Below are positions 39,721 to 53,880 of a stretch of DNA of 64,000 nt, in pieces. The position numbers and the translations under genes were made by a program. The notes under the pieces were generated by a model that saw nothing but the letters and a program-made list of their open reading frames with translations, ran no database searches and was not told the origin of the DNA. Each line of letters opens with the position of its first letter. The first letter of the stretch is position 1. The stretch lies in the NCBI RefSeq assembly GCF_009914755.1, contig NC_060933.1, one strand, 5' to 3'. The stretch comes from the human T2T-CHM13v2.0 reference genome, Homo sapiens.

Positions 39721-40340
39721 ACAGGCCTGTGTCACACACCACACTGCATTTTTAGACAGGTGAATAATGAGTGTTGAATTATGATGCAGTCAGCACGTCG
39801 CATCTGCACATCCGCCACCCTGCTAAGGCAAAGGAGAGAGTGTCTTGCTGGCTGAAGGGTCTCTGTGCTGCTCTCCTCTCCCCGGAAAGTGAGGGGGCAG
39901 CACCCCACAAGGCCCCTGATTCTTGCCAGGCCCTTGACTTCTGCTCTATGCCAAAGCAAACCGCATATGAATGCACTTGAGAATGTTCTCAATGCTCCCA
40001 GTCAGACCATTTTCTCACTGATTCACCTTTAAGACTATACATTAATTTCCTTAACAGTTTGGGGGCCACTAATCTCTTAGAGAATATGATCATTGATGAA
40101 GTTGTGCCTCCCCTCATCACATTACATACACCCACAGAGTGTTGTTGAGCACATCATAGGAAGGTCATGAAGCAAGCCCCCCTGTCTAGGGCCACAGTAA
40201 TGAACAGTGAAAACAAGACACTCTCTCCTTTACCTTAGCAAGGCAGCAGGTGCACAGATGCGACGCGTCGACTGCATCGTAATTCAACACTCATTATTCA
40301 CCTGGCTAAAAATGCGGTTTGGTGTGTGACACAGGCCTGT
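39721..40340. repeat. 127-bp inverted repeat (arms 39721-39847 and 40214-40340)
   Basis: Manual ungapped alignment gives 112/127 identity. Confidence 0.95.
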
Positions 40341-43333
40341 CATTGACTGTGAGAGGGTCACTCTGAGAGAATGATGGCCTGGGGCTCTTTGTCTTGGCTT
40401 GCCGGGAGCCCTGGCCCTCTCCCCAGCTCTGAGGGTCAGGAGGGCTCCTTGAAGGTGAGCAAATAGCATTTGGGGACGTGAGGCGGCAGCAGCAGCACAA
40501 GTGCCTCTGTCCCCGCTCCGAGGCCTGAAGTCCCAGTCCTCCTTTGGGACCCCCCCATAACACAGGCCCTAGCGGGCCTGATGTCCACAGGAAGGAGGCT
40601 CTGTTGCCATGCCAACAAAGATGACATTACAGAAACAGAGATTTGGGGGTCTGGAGAGGGCTTCAAATAATGATGAGGCCGCTCAGAGAAGCGGTAGTGG
40701 ACAGATGTTCTGTGCAGACCCAGAAGCCATACAGACACAAGCCAGGTGATTCAGGAAAGACATCGACAGCCAGTAAAGGAACACGCTGCCTGGGAAAGGG
40801 AGCTCCTGCTGCGTGGGGTGTCCAAACAGAGGCTCTAAGATGGGCTTCTGCTTTGGGGGGAAGGTCAGCTGGCTGGATGCCACACTCAGTATCTTTCTAG
40901 TGCACATACAGTGCAAAGCCCAGACTCAACTTGGACGTAGAGGTCTGAGCTGCCCCAAGCAGAGCCCTGGCTTTAAGGACTGGCTAAGTGGGTTGCAGAA
41001 CCCCTGCCATGGCGGAGGCAGGCAGCATTTCCAAAGTCCCAAGGCTGACCGGTGGCAGCTGGGCTGCAGCAGCTGCCCGAGGCTATGTAAATATACAGAA
41101 AGGCAGCTGGCAGTGCAGAAAGGATGCCGCCAGGCAGGGACAGTCCAGGCAAGTGGAGCTCTGGAACTGGTTCTGCTACACCCTTGCTGGGTAACTCCGT
41201 GCAACCTGTTTTCTCTGAGTTTCGGCAGGTCACCTGTGAAGTGGAGCAGGGTGGTTTGCCTTCTCAGCTTCACATAAACGTTGTAAGGAGCAAATAATCA
41301 GATGATCCAAGGATGTGTCAGTAATTTATAAAGAAAAGGCCGTGTCCTTGTTACAGAGCAGATGGCACCTCCAGGATGAAGGTAAGTGCGGTGAGGGGCA
41401 AAAGCACTTTCAGGCAGGGTCTCTGCCCACGAGAAGATGAAAATCTGGTAGGGAAGACAGGACAAAGACGTGAAAAGAAACCCCCGCCAAGGCCCCGGTG
41501 ATTACCAGGGAAAATGGGTACAATTATGCATGACAACAGCTGTCCTATTTCTCAAACACAAAAAGGAAAATGTTTGTGAATGCCCTTTTTTCCCCCCTTT
41601 CCTGCTTTGGGTAAGATTCATGCCCTAGTTGGGGCACCTGGCAAAGTGGTGGAGAACCTCTCATAACTCTCGAGGCACTTCCGCCTGTGTGCTGGGAGAC
41701 AGAAGTGTGACTTGCCTATGGCCAGCATCCAGGGCCCTGAGGGGTCCACAGCACCAGGCTGTTACACCACTCAGGGATATGGGACACCCATGCAGGTACA
41801 CACACAAGCGCCCCCTACTCGCCTCTTCCTGTCCTCAGCTTTGACTATCATCATAGACCAACTCTCCTTATAGGCACGCCAATAAATCACTGCTGACATG
41901 GTAAGGAAATTAATTTAGGGAAGATTAATTAGCTACATTCATGCACTCAGCTGCAACTGCTGGAAATCAGACGGTGGGGAGGTTGGTTTTCCACTCCATT
42001 TAGGATTGGTTTGCTTTCTACCTTCTAAGATCTGGCTTGCCTCAAAGTTCAAAGCCCCCTCTTGCATCATGAAGGCCCCTGCCAAGTACTCCGCCCACAT
42101 GCCTTCAGGGGCAGGGAGCTCATGATGTGGCAACACAGTCCTCTGGGACGGCCATCACCACTAAAGTGTCTTCCCTACACTGAGCTGAAATCTGTCTCCC
42201 AGCAGCCACTATCCGTTTTTCTACTGACCTAAGGTGTTCTGTCCTAAATGCTCCTTTACAGACCTGACAGTGACCTGCCCCACATGTCAGGAGGCTGGGA
42301 GTGTGGGGGGTTAAAGTGGTCACCACTGGTCTTTCCAGTCCTGCCCCTCCCACGGCCACAGCTGCTTGCCTAGACACCTGCAGGCTCCGACTTGTTAGGA
42401 AAAACACATTCCAAATTCCAGCCTCTGTCAGCTCCTCTCAAGCCTGCTTGCTCAGCCTCTCTCTCTCCGTCACACACACACACAGCCCACTGTCTTCCAG
42501 CTTCACCCCCTCAGAGTGAGCTGTGGGTCCTGGGTAGGAGGCTGCTGGGAACAGAGCCTGGCTCCACCCTCTGTTTACCCCAGAACCTCAAGTGGTAGAG
42601 ACAGGCTTTTCAGCATCTCTCAAGTAGTGGGAGGTTCTATTTTGAACTCAGAAATACCTCAATCCTAGAATTTCTTAAGTGCTTTCAGCCAGGGACTATG
42701 GATAGAAAATCCAGCACATCCCTCCTGAGGACAAAAACACCCGGGGAGGGGTCTGCAGCCACTACTGAAAGGATCCCTGGGGGATGGTCTATTCTGCTAG
42801 ATCTCAAACTCTTGTGTGTGCATGATTTCTGCAAAGGGAATCTTACACATGCACCACTGAAGAAAGTGACACCATGCATAGTTTGAAAACCATTTATCCA
42901 CTGGGGACAGAAGGCTGTGAGTGGGGATGAACTTAGTAAAGTTAATGCCAGGACCAGGTAACCCAACCCATGTTTCCAAACTCCCAGGTCCACACGATTT
43001 CTTCAATGCCTATACCACTAACTTTCCTCTTAAAATCATCTTTAAAAATGTCAGAGTATAATCACCACAACTGCCTCACAGAAGAACCCCCCTACCTCCC
43101 CTTACAAGGACCAACCACCCATCGCTGTGGACAGCTCTCTGTGGGAGGTGGGCTCCGGGCCAGGCTGGGTCCCCATGGAGCCACTGACTTAGCCGCCCCT
43201 CATTCTCCCCTCAACTCCTACTTGGCTCTGCTCAGCTCTCCTGCAGACTCCATCAACCTCTGTCCACCTTGCCAGACAGCCCTTCCTCTCAGGCTTCCTG
43301 CTCTAGGGGGTACGAGTGCTCCCCTAGGGGCCT

Positions 43334-43406
43334 GAGGCGACACTTACCAGGGACAGGGAAAATGGGCCTGAGAAGGGTATCAGGAAAGCTGGTTACTAAG
43401 CCAGCT
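43334..43406. repeat. 73-bp direct copy of 45466-45539
   Basis: 3 substitutions and 1 indel relative to 45466-45539. Confidence 0.95.
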
Positions 43407-45396
43407 CTCAGACCAGCCCTGGTCGCGAAGAGTAAGAGCAAGATTTTCTTCTCCTTTCTCCTTCGGAGCTGAAGGCTGGAAGGGTAAGGGGAAGGTACTA
43501 GTTAAGCTCAGGGTCACAGGTGCCGGATGGTTCCACAAATCATTTAGCCCTCTGCTCTCACCCTCCTCATCTGTGAAATGAGGATGGGGCAAGGCCTACC
43601 TGAGCCAACGCACATGGTGTATTCGGAACAGGGTGGTGCACAGCAAGTGCTCAGTGTCAGGTGTGATCACCATCAGCTCAACACACCATCCAGCCTGCAG
43701 AGTCTGGGTCTTGCCCAGGGTCACCTGGACATCAGAAATCCAGACTATCCCCCTCCCCATGTTGATGAGGAGCCACCAGAGGCTCCAAGTAACAAATGAC
43801 ACAGCAGAACACTCCTGAGCGGGTGACAGAACTAGACTCCCATCAAATCCCAACCAGGAGAGGACCTATGTCATCTGTTGAACTACATATTTACAGAGTG
43901 CCTCCCAAACTGGTTTTAGACAGCTTAATTCGAGGCATTTTTCTGCTTCTGATAGGCACAGCCTGTTGGTCCCCCACCCCCTTCCCAAGGAAGGATCAGG
44001 AATGCCCGTGAGGCTTTCTCACGGTAACGTAAGGCTCTGTACAGTAAGAATAACTTCCAGTGTGCTCACAGGAAAAGTATGTAAAAGCAAAACAGCAGCG
44101 CCTGTGAGCCAAAGGCCTTTCCTGTGCAATGTGGTACCTTTCAAAGCCAGGCCTCTGTGCCCCAGCCAAGGCCCGGGAGTCACCAAGTGCACCCTCTCTC
44201 TCGTGTGTGCTTCCTGTGCTAGAAGCCAAGGTTAAAGGGGAGAAAGAGCTCAGGCCTGGAGGAGCACGAGATCGGGCCAGCACAGTGCCTTTTAATGATC
44301 AGCTGCAGAGGCGCGGGAACCCGCACTAAGTGAAGGATCATTTCTCCCCGAACGGGACCCATTAGGATGACTCATGCACATTTCCCACAGGGGAGCTAAA
44401 AGGCTGGGCCAGGCCCCTTTAAGGCACAAGCAGCACTAAACAGCTGCTCTCCCCAAGAGTCACTCTCTCTTTATTGAGGATAGGCAGCATCAGCCACAAT
44501 TACCAGCCCCATGTTTGAGGGCTCCCAATTACATTCCGCTTAACACCAGGTGCTCCATAAATGCTGATTCACTTTTTAAAATAATGCTGTATCCTCCAGC
44601 AACCAAGCCTTGATGAACTCTTTCTCCTGTGCCGTCATCTAGGCTGGGAAACCCTGAACCTCACAGGCCTGTTTCTCACATGTACTCGGCGCTTTCTAAT
44701 GTACAGGAAACTTAGGGTGGCTAGGGCTTTGCGATGTCAAGCAGGTCTGTGATGGTGTTTATCGCTGTTCAGTCCGATCACCTCGTGCCTCCACGTGCCA
44801 GGCAATGGGCTCTGTGCTGGGGATACAGAGGAGAGGAAAGGCAGGCCTCCTCCCCCTGCTCTTGCATTGCTTCCAGGTCCCCAGGGGAGATGGGCATTAT
44901 TCAGTTCACCTCCCCAAGGCAGGCTGGCATGTGCCAGGCAGGGTGAGTAAATGCCTGGGTGAAGGGCCCTTCCCACCCTGCCCTGAATTGCAGCTATGTG
45001 TAGGCCTGTCTGCTTCCGCTCCACCAGGAAGGCAGGTTCTGGAGCTCTGTTTCCTTTTTATTACAATATAGCACCTGGTGCACAGCAGGGTCCCAGCAAG
45101 GTGTGCTGGGCTGAAACCAGGGGCAGGGCAGGGCAGGGCCTCCAGGGTGGTGGATTCCGGGCCCTGAGCTCCAATGCTTCCAAATTTCTCACCAGCTATG
45201 GAGCTCTACTTTCTCTAAGCCTGAGCCCTCCCACTTTCACTGGGAAAACATCTTCCTTCTGCGGTGCAGGAGAAGCTGAGTCAATGAACCAAGGGATACA
45301 TAGTGCCTGTCACATTATGCTGGCATAGGCAAGGGCACAAGGGCACTAGAGAACACAGAAAAGATGCTGCTCTTATCCTCTAGAGGCCACAGGCCA

Positions 45397-45810
45397 TGCC
45401 TTTTAGTCTGGGGAACCCAGACACAGACCTTGAAGCAGGCACTAAAATGCAAGTGGTTGATCTGGGAGGAGACACTTACCGGGGACAGGGAAAATGGGCC
45501 TGAGAAGGGTATCAGGAAAGCTGGGTTACAAAGCCAGCTACCCATGGTGGGCAACTAGATGGAGCATGATCTGATAGAGGAAACTCTGGGAAACCATGCA
45601 CAACCCACCCCTCAGAATTACCTTACCAAGAGTGAGGGAGCTGGGGGTCAGGCACCAACTCCTGGGAGCTCCTGGTGTAGGCAGAGCGGCTGTTCCCATT
45701 CCTATGTTCTAGAAAAGCCCTCGGGCACAGAGATGTGGATGAGCCAGTTGGAGAAGGCCAGACTGGGGAGGCAGAAGGGACAGGGTGGGTCTTGACAGCA
45801 TCTGCTGCCC
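45397..45810 (-). mobile_element. LTR16-family (ERVL) solo LTR, degraded
   Basis: Reverse complement ...accacttgcattttagtgcctgcttcaaggtctgtgtctgggttccccagactaaaaggca resembles the LTR16 3' end; internal gtgggcaact and gagggagctgggg blocks. Confidence 0.7.
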
Positions 45811-47414
45811 AGGGCAGGGGGTGCCTCCTGGAGAGGGATGGAGCTGAGCCAAGAGGTCTCTTCTGGTGCGTTTACCCAGCTGAAGCAATGGTACTGTGCG
45901 GGGCTCCCATCTGCTTGGCTCCTACCCCGGATCTCACACCCCATCTCCCACCTAGGGTTTGAAGCAGATAATGGCTTTGCAAATGCATTGGAGACTGCGC
46001 AGAATCACAGGAGTCCCCAGAAGCCACCCTCCCTAGTGCAGGCTGCCTCCCCTCCCAAAGCCCAAGTATCATTTTCTCCTGGTCTAGGGCCCTGTCCCAG
46101 AGACTAAGCAGGCACCTCCCCGAGGAAGCACATGGACAAAACCAAATGGGGACCCTATGGGCCTCTTTAGATCCTGCAACATCAATCAGCCTGGCAGCTT
46201 CAAGGAGGGCCCAGAGCTGTTGTGCCAATAATGGACGGGCTCATGCACCCTGTGATACCTATGAAGGCCTCAGGGGCAAGTCCATGTGGGCCAGGCCATA
46301 GTCCCTCACGACTGGCTAGTGGTAAATCAGAACACCACGGTGTGCCCATTTCATCACCCTGCAGCTGGGGTGCTGGAAACCCAGGCTTGCTCACAACCCC
46401 ACACACAGAGAAGCAAGCCACCCTCAGTGATACCCTTCCTGACTGCCTCTAAAACCAATCTCCTCCTTTGTGCAAACAAATATGGCTCAGGCCACACCAG
46501 AATTGCGAAGAGGAACTCCAGCCAGAAGGCCTGTGGCACCTCTAACCCGGCAAGGCCAGCTCCAGCGCAGGCTGAGTTAGCTGAGGAGACATACTAACAG
46601 CCAGTGAAAGAAGTTAAGGAGTCTATTTATTCATTAAAACAAAATCCTTTCTGGCATCTCAGCAATTGACAAAATCAGGTCTCAAAACAGTACTTATAAA
46701 AGGATTCCATTTTTCTAAAATATAACATCAAAGAAATGTGTTTATATCCATAGAAAAAGGACCAGAAAGAAATGAAATACAGCACACAGATGCATGCTCT
46801 CTGCCTCCCTGGTCACCTGCCATTCCACGGGGTGGTAGGGTGAGGGTGAGGGGGCACCTTGCCTGCTGCTCCTCTGTGATCAAGCCCTCCAGGGCCAGGG
46901 CATGGACAAGTGGATACAGGACCACCGAGCTTCCCAGGCCCAGGGAACCCTCCTTGCTCCTGGAGCTTTCCCTTCATGGCCCTGGACCCCTTACTGCATC
47001 CTAGCCAGAAGCCTATTTGTAAACATGTAAATGATTCTAGTCCACCACAGCCTTTGCCTTGAAATCTCCACCAGGCCCAAAGCTTTCAACACCAAGTGGT
47101 CCAATCAACTCTGCCCAGCCCCAGCCTGGCATAAAGGGGTGTGAGTAAATGCTGGGGGAGTCAATGAGCAAATTAATCTACAGAGGGTCTATGGGGCCAT
47201 TTCTCTCCAGGGCAAAGCCAGAAGTCCTACCAATAAGGGACAATTCATACAACAGTATAGACAAGCAAGGTTTTACTCAAGTGCTTGCCCATTTTCTGGC
47301 TGCATGACTTTGGGCAACTTACATGACATACTTGATCTCTCTGTGCTTCCATTTCCTCATTTATAAAATGAGAATAATACCAAGACCTACCCTCATGGGG
47401 TTGCTATGAGATTT

Positions 47415-47718
47415 TTTTTTTTAATTTGTTTATTTTTTAGATGGAATCTCGCTCTGTTGCCCAGGGTGAAGTGCAATGGCGTGATCTAGGCTCACTGCAA
47501 CCTCCATCCCCTGGTTCAAGCAATTCTCTCACCTCTGCCTCCCGAGTAGCTGGGATTACAGGCACACGCCACCACGTCCAGCTAATCTTTGTATTTTTAG
47601 TACAGACAGGGTTTCACCATGTTGGCCAGGCTGCTCTCGAACTCCTGACCTCAAGTGATACGCCTGCCTCAGCCTCCAAAAGTGCTGGGATTACAGGTGT
47701 GAGCCACCACACCCGGCC
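47415..47718 (-). mobile_element. AluSx/Sz inserted into a MIR (MIR halves about 47290-47414 and 47719-47790)
   Basis: TSD tgctatgagattt at 47402-47414 and 47719-47731; the MIR core continues across the Alu. Confidence 0.95.
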
Positions 47719-48512
47719 TGCTATGAGATTTAAATGAGTTAGTATTTGTCAAATGCTTAGACCAATATGCATGGTAAGCACTGCTGAAGTATTTGATAAA
47801 TAAGTAAATGTGTACACATTTGCACAGCATCTGCCCCTGCACCTAGATGTACACGTGCATGCGTGTACACAAGCAAGTATGCCCACACTCCCATATGCTT
47901 CAGCACAACAGCATGCATTGCAACTGGTTTTCTCCACATCACTGCGAGATGGATGTGGGTGTACTCTCACAGCCAGTGGGGAAAGGGAGAAGGGCTGCAG
48001 TCTGCCCTAAACCACAAAGTCCAGTGAGGGCATGACCAGCAGCTGTGGCCAATGGAACCAGCTATCTGGCTGGACCCAGCTATCACACCAGCTGCTGCTC
48101 CCAGTCAGAGAGCAACTGCCCACCCAACCAAGCCCACACAGGTCTGGCCTGGGGCAGGGGACCCCAGATCCATTAGTCCTGGACCATGTACAACTTCCCC
48201 CCTCAGAGATGTTGAGCCCCCAGAGCGCACACTCTGTAGACGACACAGCAAAATGAGCCCAGATAAACACCACCTGCCCACCTCTTTCCTCCAGGTATAT
48301 AAGAGGCCTCACTGCTGCGATTCCTCCCACTTGCTGCTTTCTCTAACCTCAAGCTTCCTCACAGAGGGCTGCAGAGAGCAGAGGAAATGCTCTAAGTCAG
48401 GCATAACGGGGATTTTAAGAGGCCGGGCCCAATGCACTTTATTTCTGGGGTTAAGAACATTAGGTTCTTATTTTTAAATGCCAGTATATCAGGGACTGAT
48501 GTTTATAGTTTC

Positions 48513-48677
48513 CAGGGCTAGCTTCACAGGTGAGTGGCCTGTGCAGTCGCAAAAGGCCCCTGCACTTGGTTTAACAGCCTGCCATCACCATTTGGAAATT
48601 CTTAATAATTTTTAAATGAGGGGCCTCACATTCTTATTTTTTGTGGGATGGGCCCTGCAAATTATGTAGCTGATCGT
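48513..48677 (+). mobile_element. MER91A-like hAT-Tip100 MITE
   Basis: cagggctagcttca...cctgtgcagtcgca...gaaattcttaataattttt...gggccctgcaaattatgtagc. Confidence 0.75.
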
Positions 48678-48967
48678 GATGACCCCTCCCCAAACACCAA
48701 CATCCAGAAGTTTCCATGGGGAGCTTGAGGCCCAGACTGTAATCCCCTCCTCTTGCCAGCAGGGCACCATTAGCTAAGTCATTCTATCAGCTCCTCAATT
48801 TCCCCATCTGTAGAATGGGTAGAGTGGGTTGTTAGGGCCAGAATCCTGGATTTCATGGACTACTATACAAAAAAATTATACAAAAAAAAAAGGGGGGAAA
48901 GACAAGATCACGCACACTAAAAGAACCCAACCGCCATCTGTCTTCACCCACATTTTATGAAGGAAAG

Positions 48968-49398
<431 letters not shown>

Positions 49399-51350
49399 CT
49401 AATTTCATTGGAGATCACCATGCTTTCTAGGGAAGCATTACCCCAGGTGAGTGTTTCAGTCCTTTTAGTATTACTTTAGAAACCAAGCCTTCCTATGATG
49501 TCAATGGTCTGGTGTGCATGTTATTGCTTAAGAGCACTGACTTTTCCAGACCCTCTTCCCACCCTGTGTCCCTTCCGCTTTAAGGGGACATCTGAGACCA
49601 TCACGGGAGCTGGTTTCCATGAAACACCAACACAGCACTTGACAACGGCTGTATGAATCGGGCCCAGAATGGCCCTTATTTATTAATGCACATTGTAAAA
49701 TCTCCTTCCAAATGCAAAGTCATAAATCACCTGCCACTGGAAACATTCTATCCTGAAAGGGAGGCAAAGGTATCTTGAACTGAATCCCAGACTTACCCAT
49801 TTCAAAAGAGCAAACTTTGATCCACTGCTGATGAGTAAATCAAGGGGAGGCAGGCCCCTTGCTGATAACTTGGCTATCACAAGACACCTCAACCTACCAC
49901 CCAGCTTTCTCTCTTCACCCACTTCTCTGTGAAGACCTGGGACCGGGCAGGACTCATGGGGGCTGAGTCCCAGAGCCTGGGATCCTCCAGTGCCAGGGCC
50001 CGAGAACCTCGGACCAGACCCTCCAAGCGCCTGAGTGTTCTAGAGGACTAGAACAGGCAGGAGGCTAAGGGACGATGCTTACAGAGGGGGCACCGCCTAG
50101 AGAGCACCTTCTCTACAAGCCAGGCTCTTGGCTCTGTGCTTTCACGTACATCATCGTATTTCATCCTTCCTAATCACCTCATTTTCAGATGAGAAAACCG
50201 AAGCTCAGAAATGTCTAGGAACCCTGCCAAGGCCTCAGAGCACAGAAGGCTACGCAGGTTTCAACCCAGGCCAGCGTCACCCCAAAGCTCTGGCTCTCCT
50301 GGGCTACCTACAGCCTGTTGTATGAGTTTCTAAGTCCAGGCTCCTTCTGGGCAACAGGAAGAGATCTCTGAAGGGAAGTTTGACAGGAAGAAGCAGCAGC
50401 TTTGCCAGCTTGGCTCAGTTGCGCCAACCGTGAGCAAAGGCCACCTGACAACTCCCTTAAGTCAGCTGAGTGCTGGAAGTCTCCCTTCCCCTTCCTCAGC
50501 TGCCCTGTGACTCCGGCACACCTGCAACCTGCCCTGCCCGGGCCACACCTGGGGAAGCAGTGCTTCCGCCTGCAGCCTTTGAAGCCTGGCTTCCAGCTCT
50601 CCTCTCCCTCCACCCTGTACCAGCCGTATCCCTCCTGCCTGGGGGATCCTACTTCCCCACATACCAAAGCCAGTGCAGCGTGGCACAGTCCTTGTCTTCA
50701 AGTTACACAGAATGAGCACCAGCGTTGTTTTGAAGTTGTCCCCATGGAGAGGCCCCGGACCCCAACACCAAACCTCTGCACATGGAAGCATACCCGTGCC
50801 AGGCAGAGGAGGGAATGACAGCCAGAAGGAAAACCTGCTTCTCTAGAAAGAGTGAGCCCTGGTACTGGGCCCAGTATGCACTAAGTACTAAGTGCTAAAA
50901 TATGCTGGCTGTTGTTATTTTCAAACATGACTGTAAAGAAAACCTGATTTTTCTCATCAGAACCAGCAAGAAAATGGAATTTTATGGTAGAAGTGGTTCC
51001 ATTTTCATCTGGTTAGGGTGAGACCAGCTGAATTAGAAAACCAAGCATCCACAATGCAGTGAGGACTGGACGATCTAAGGAGATGAGGCGGCCCTCAGGG
51101 TCAGCATGGTTAGCCTGCAATCACCCTCAAAGCAGGTGCTGGCTCCAATGGGGCATCTGGGAATAATTTAAAGCCTATGCTTTCCTAAGATAAAAGTGAG
51201 CACCCCATCACCTCTATGGGTGCCCCATGATCATGCCCATTTATCAGGGATAACACCAGTGACTGGGGCCAGCCAATTCGGGGAGGGGGCCCTTCCAACC
51301 CACAGATCCCAGAAAAATGTACTCCTTGGAGACATTTAAACCAATACCCC

Positions 51351-51465
51351 AGCTGGTGCGGTGGCTCATGCTGGTAGAATTTGGGAAGATCACTTGAGCC
51401 CGCGAGTTCGAGACCAGCCTGGACAATATAGGGAGACCCTGCCTCCACAAAAAATAAAAATTAAA
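51351..51465 (+). mobile_element. FLAM / partial Alu monomer
   Basis: gcggtggctcatgc...atcacttgagcccgcgagttcgagaccagcctgg followed by an A-rich tail. Confidence 0.8.
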
Positions 51466-52377
51466 ATTAATCCAATGCCCTAGTTGACCAATCATTTCGG
51501 AAGGGCTTGGAGAGGGTCCACCTGAGTGGTCTCGTTACACTCCCCCTCCCCATATTTTTGTTATGCCCATCCTCTGATCAGTGGGCAACAGGATAAAACA
51601 GGTGGTCCCGAGTTTCCCATCTATCCTGGGTCCCACAACTAGAGCTGTTGCAGCCCCAGCCTCTCCATAACTCTCAGTCTTATGGACTGGCTCACGCAGG
51701 CCTGCTTGGTGAGTAAGGCAGGAAAGGCCCTCAAAGCTGTCCACAGCCTTTCCTACCCAGGAAAAAACTGCTGTAAAATCCTGACACCCCCCCAGCACCA
51801 CCTCCTGGATTTAAGAAGGGGGAGGTGGCTTGGGTTTTAAAAAGAAAATTGGATTCCCATTCATGAATTACCCACACCGAGGGCACTTAACAGGTGAAAC
51901 GGGTTCTGCCATTGATGAATGAGCTCGGGTAATAACGGGGCTCACCCTTCGCCATTAAAAATATTAACCTCATTCCTGGCCCAGCGATGTCATAAACCCA
52001 GGGCCCCTGAAGCTCTCTCTCATGGCCACACTTCCCATCTGCCTGGTGAGGGAGTTCAATGTGCACCTCTCACCCTGCGGGCAAGCCCTTTGGGAAGTGT
52101 ACTAACGCCCCTCATAAAACCAACTGCAGGTAGACAGGAGGAAGAAATAATGTAATAACTTGCCACCTGTATGCAAGAATTCAGAGGCCTCCACTGCCTG
52201 GGACCTTTACTAAAGTGATGCAGTGCTCATGTGGTCTAACACAGCTTCCCACAGCCAACCTGACCACAGGCTGCAAGGACAGTGATAATGATGTTATGAT
52301 CCACCATGAGAGAGGAGACTGTCTCCCTCTACTCTGTACAACCAAAGGACCAATGGAGAATCACGTCCAGCTCTTTG

Positions 52378-53252
<875 letters not shown>

Positions 53253-53617
53253 AAGCAGAAGCGGGTTGAGCACTTGGCAAGGAGGACCTAGACTGAGATC
53301 CTTTGCCACTAGAAACTCTATAGTCCTCCTGAGATTTTTATGGTACCCTGAAGCATAGGACTGGGGATAGGGGAGCCAGTGTTGAAGGGGTTGCTCCAAC
53401 CTTATAAAACTGCATCCCTCCCTCTCACTTTCACAGGCTGCTCAGTGAGAGAGGTTCTCCACCTCTTTCCCCAGTGGCATGTGAAAGGTTGGGTGCCATG
53501 GGAGAAGCACAGAATCACATCCTGAAGTTCAGCAATGCCCACGGTGGGGTAGGTCTTGGGGACAGAAGGACAAAGCTCAGTCAGTGTCTACCTTCCATGA
53601 GTGGATAATCTAGGGAG

Positions 53618-53690
53618 AGGTCAGCAACCCTCTCCTGTAAATTACCATATAGAAAATATTTTAGGTTCCTGAGGGTCATACAGTACTCCT
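53618..53690 (+). mobile_element. MER58-like hAT fragment
   Basis: ggtcagcaac...ctgtaaa...atagaaaatattttagg...gggtcatacag. Confidence 0.55.
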
Positions 53691-53699
53691 GGTTTAGTC

Positions 53700-53880
53700 C
53701 AGTGATTCTCAACATAGCTGCACATCAGAAAAACTCCTGGGGAGCTTTTACAATGCACCATGCCTAAGTTTGGCCCCCAGAAATTCTGATTTAAGTGGCC
53801 CAAGGTGGGGCCTGGGATTAGTATTTCTAAAAGCTCCCCTAGGAGCTTGGATACAATCCATCCAAGACTGAGAATCACTC
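53700..53880. mobile_element. MER5A hAT-Charlie MITE
   Basis: Terminal inverted repeats agtgattctca / tgagaatcact; internal cccagaaattctgattta...gtggggcctggg. Confidence 0.8.

Noticed and set aside
39721-40340. Novel MITE with 127-bp terminal inverted repeats
   Set aside because: No TA, TTAA or 8-9-bp TSD, and the spacer appears to contain older repeat DNA; an inverted duplication fits better.
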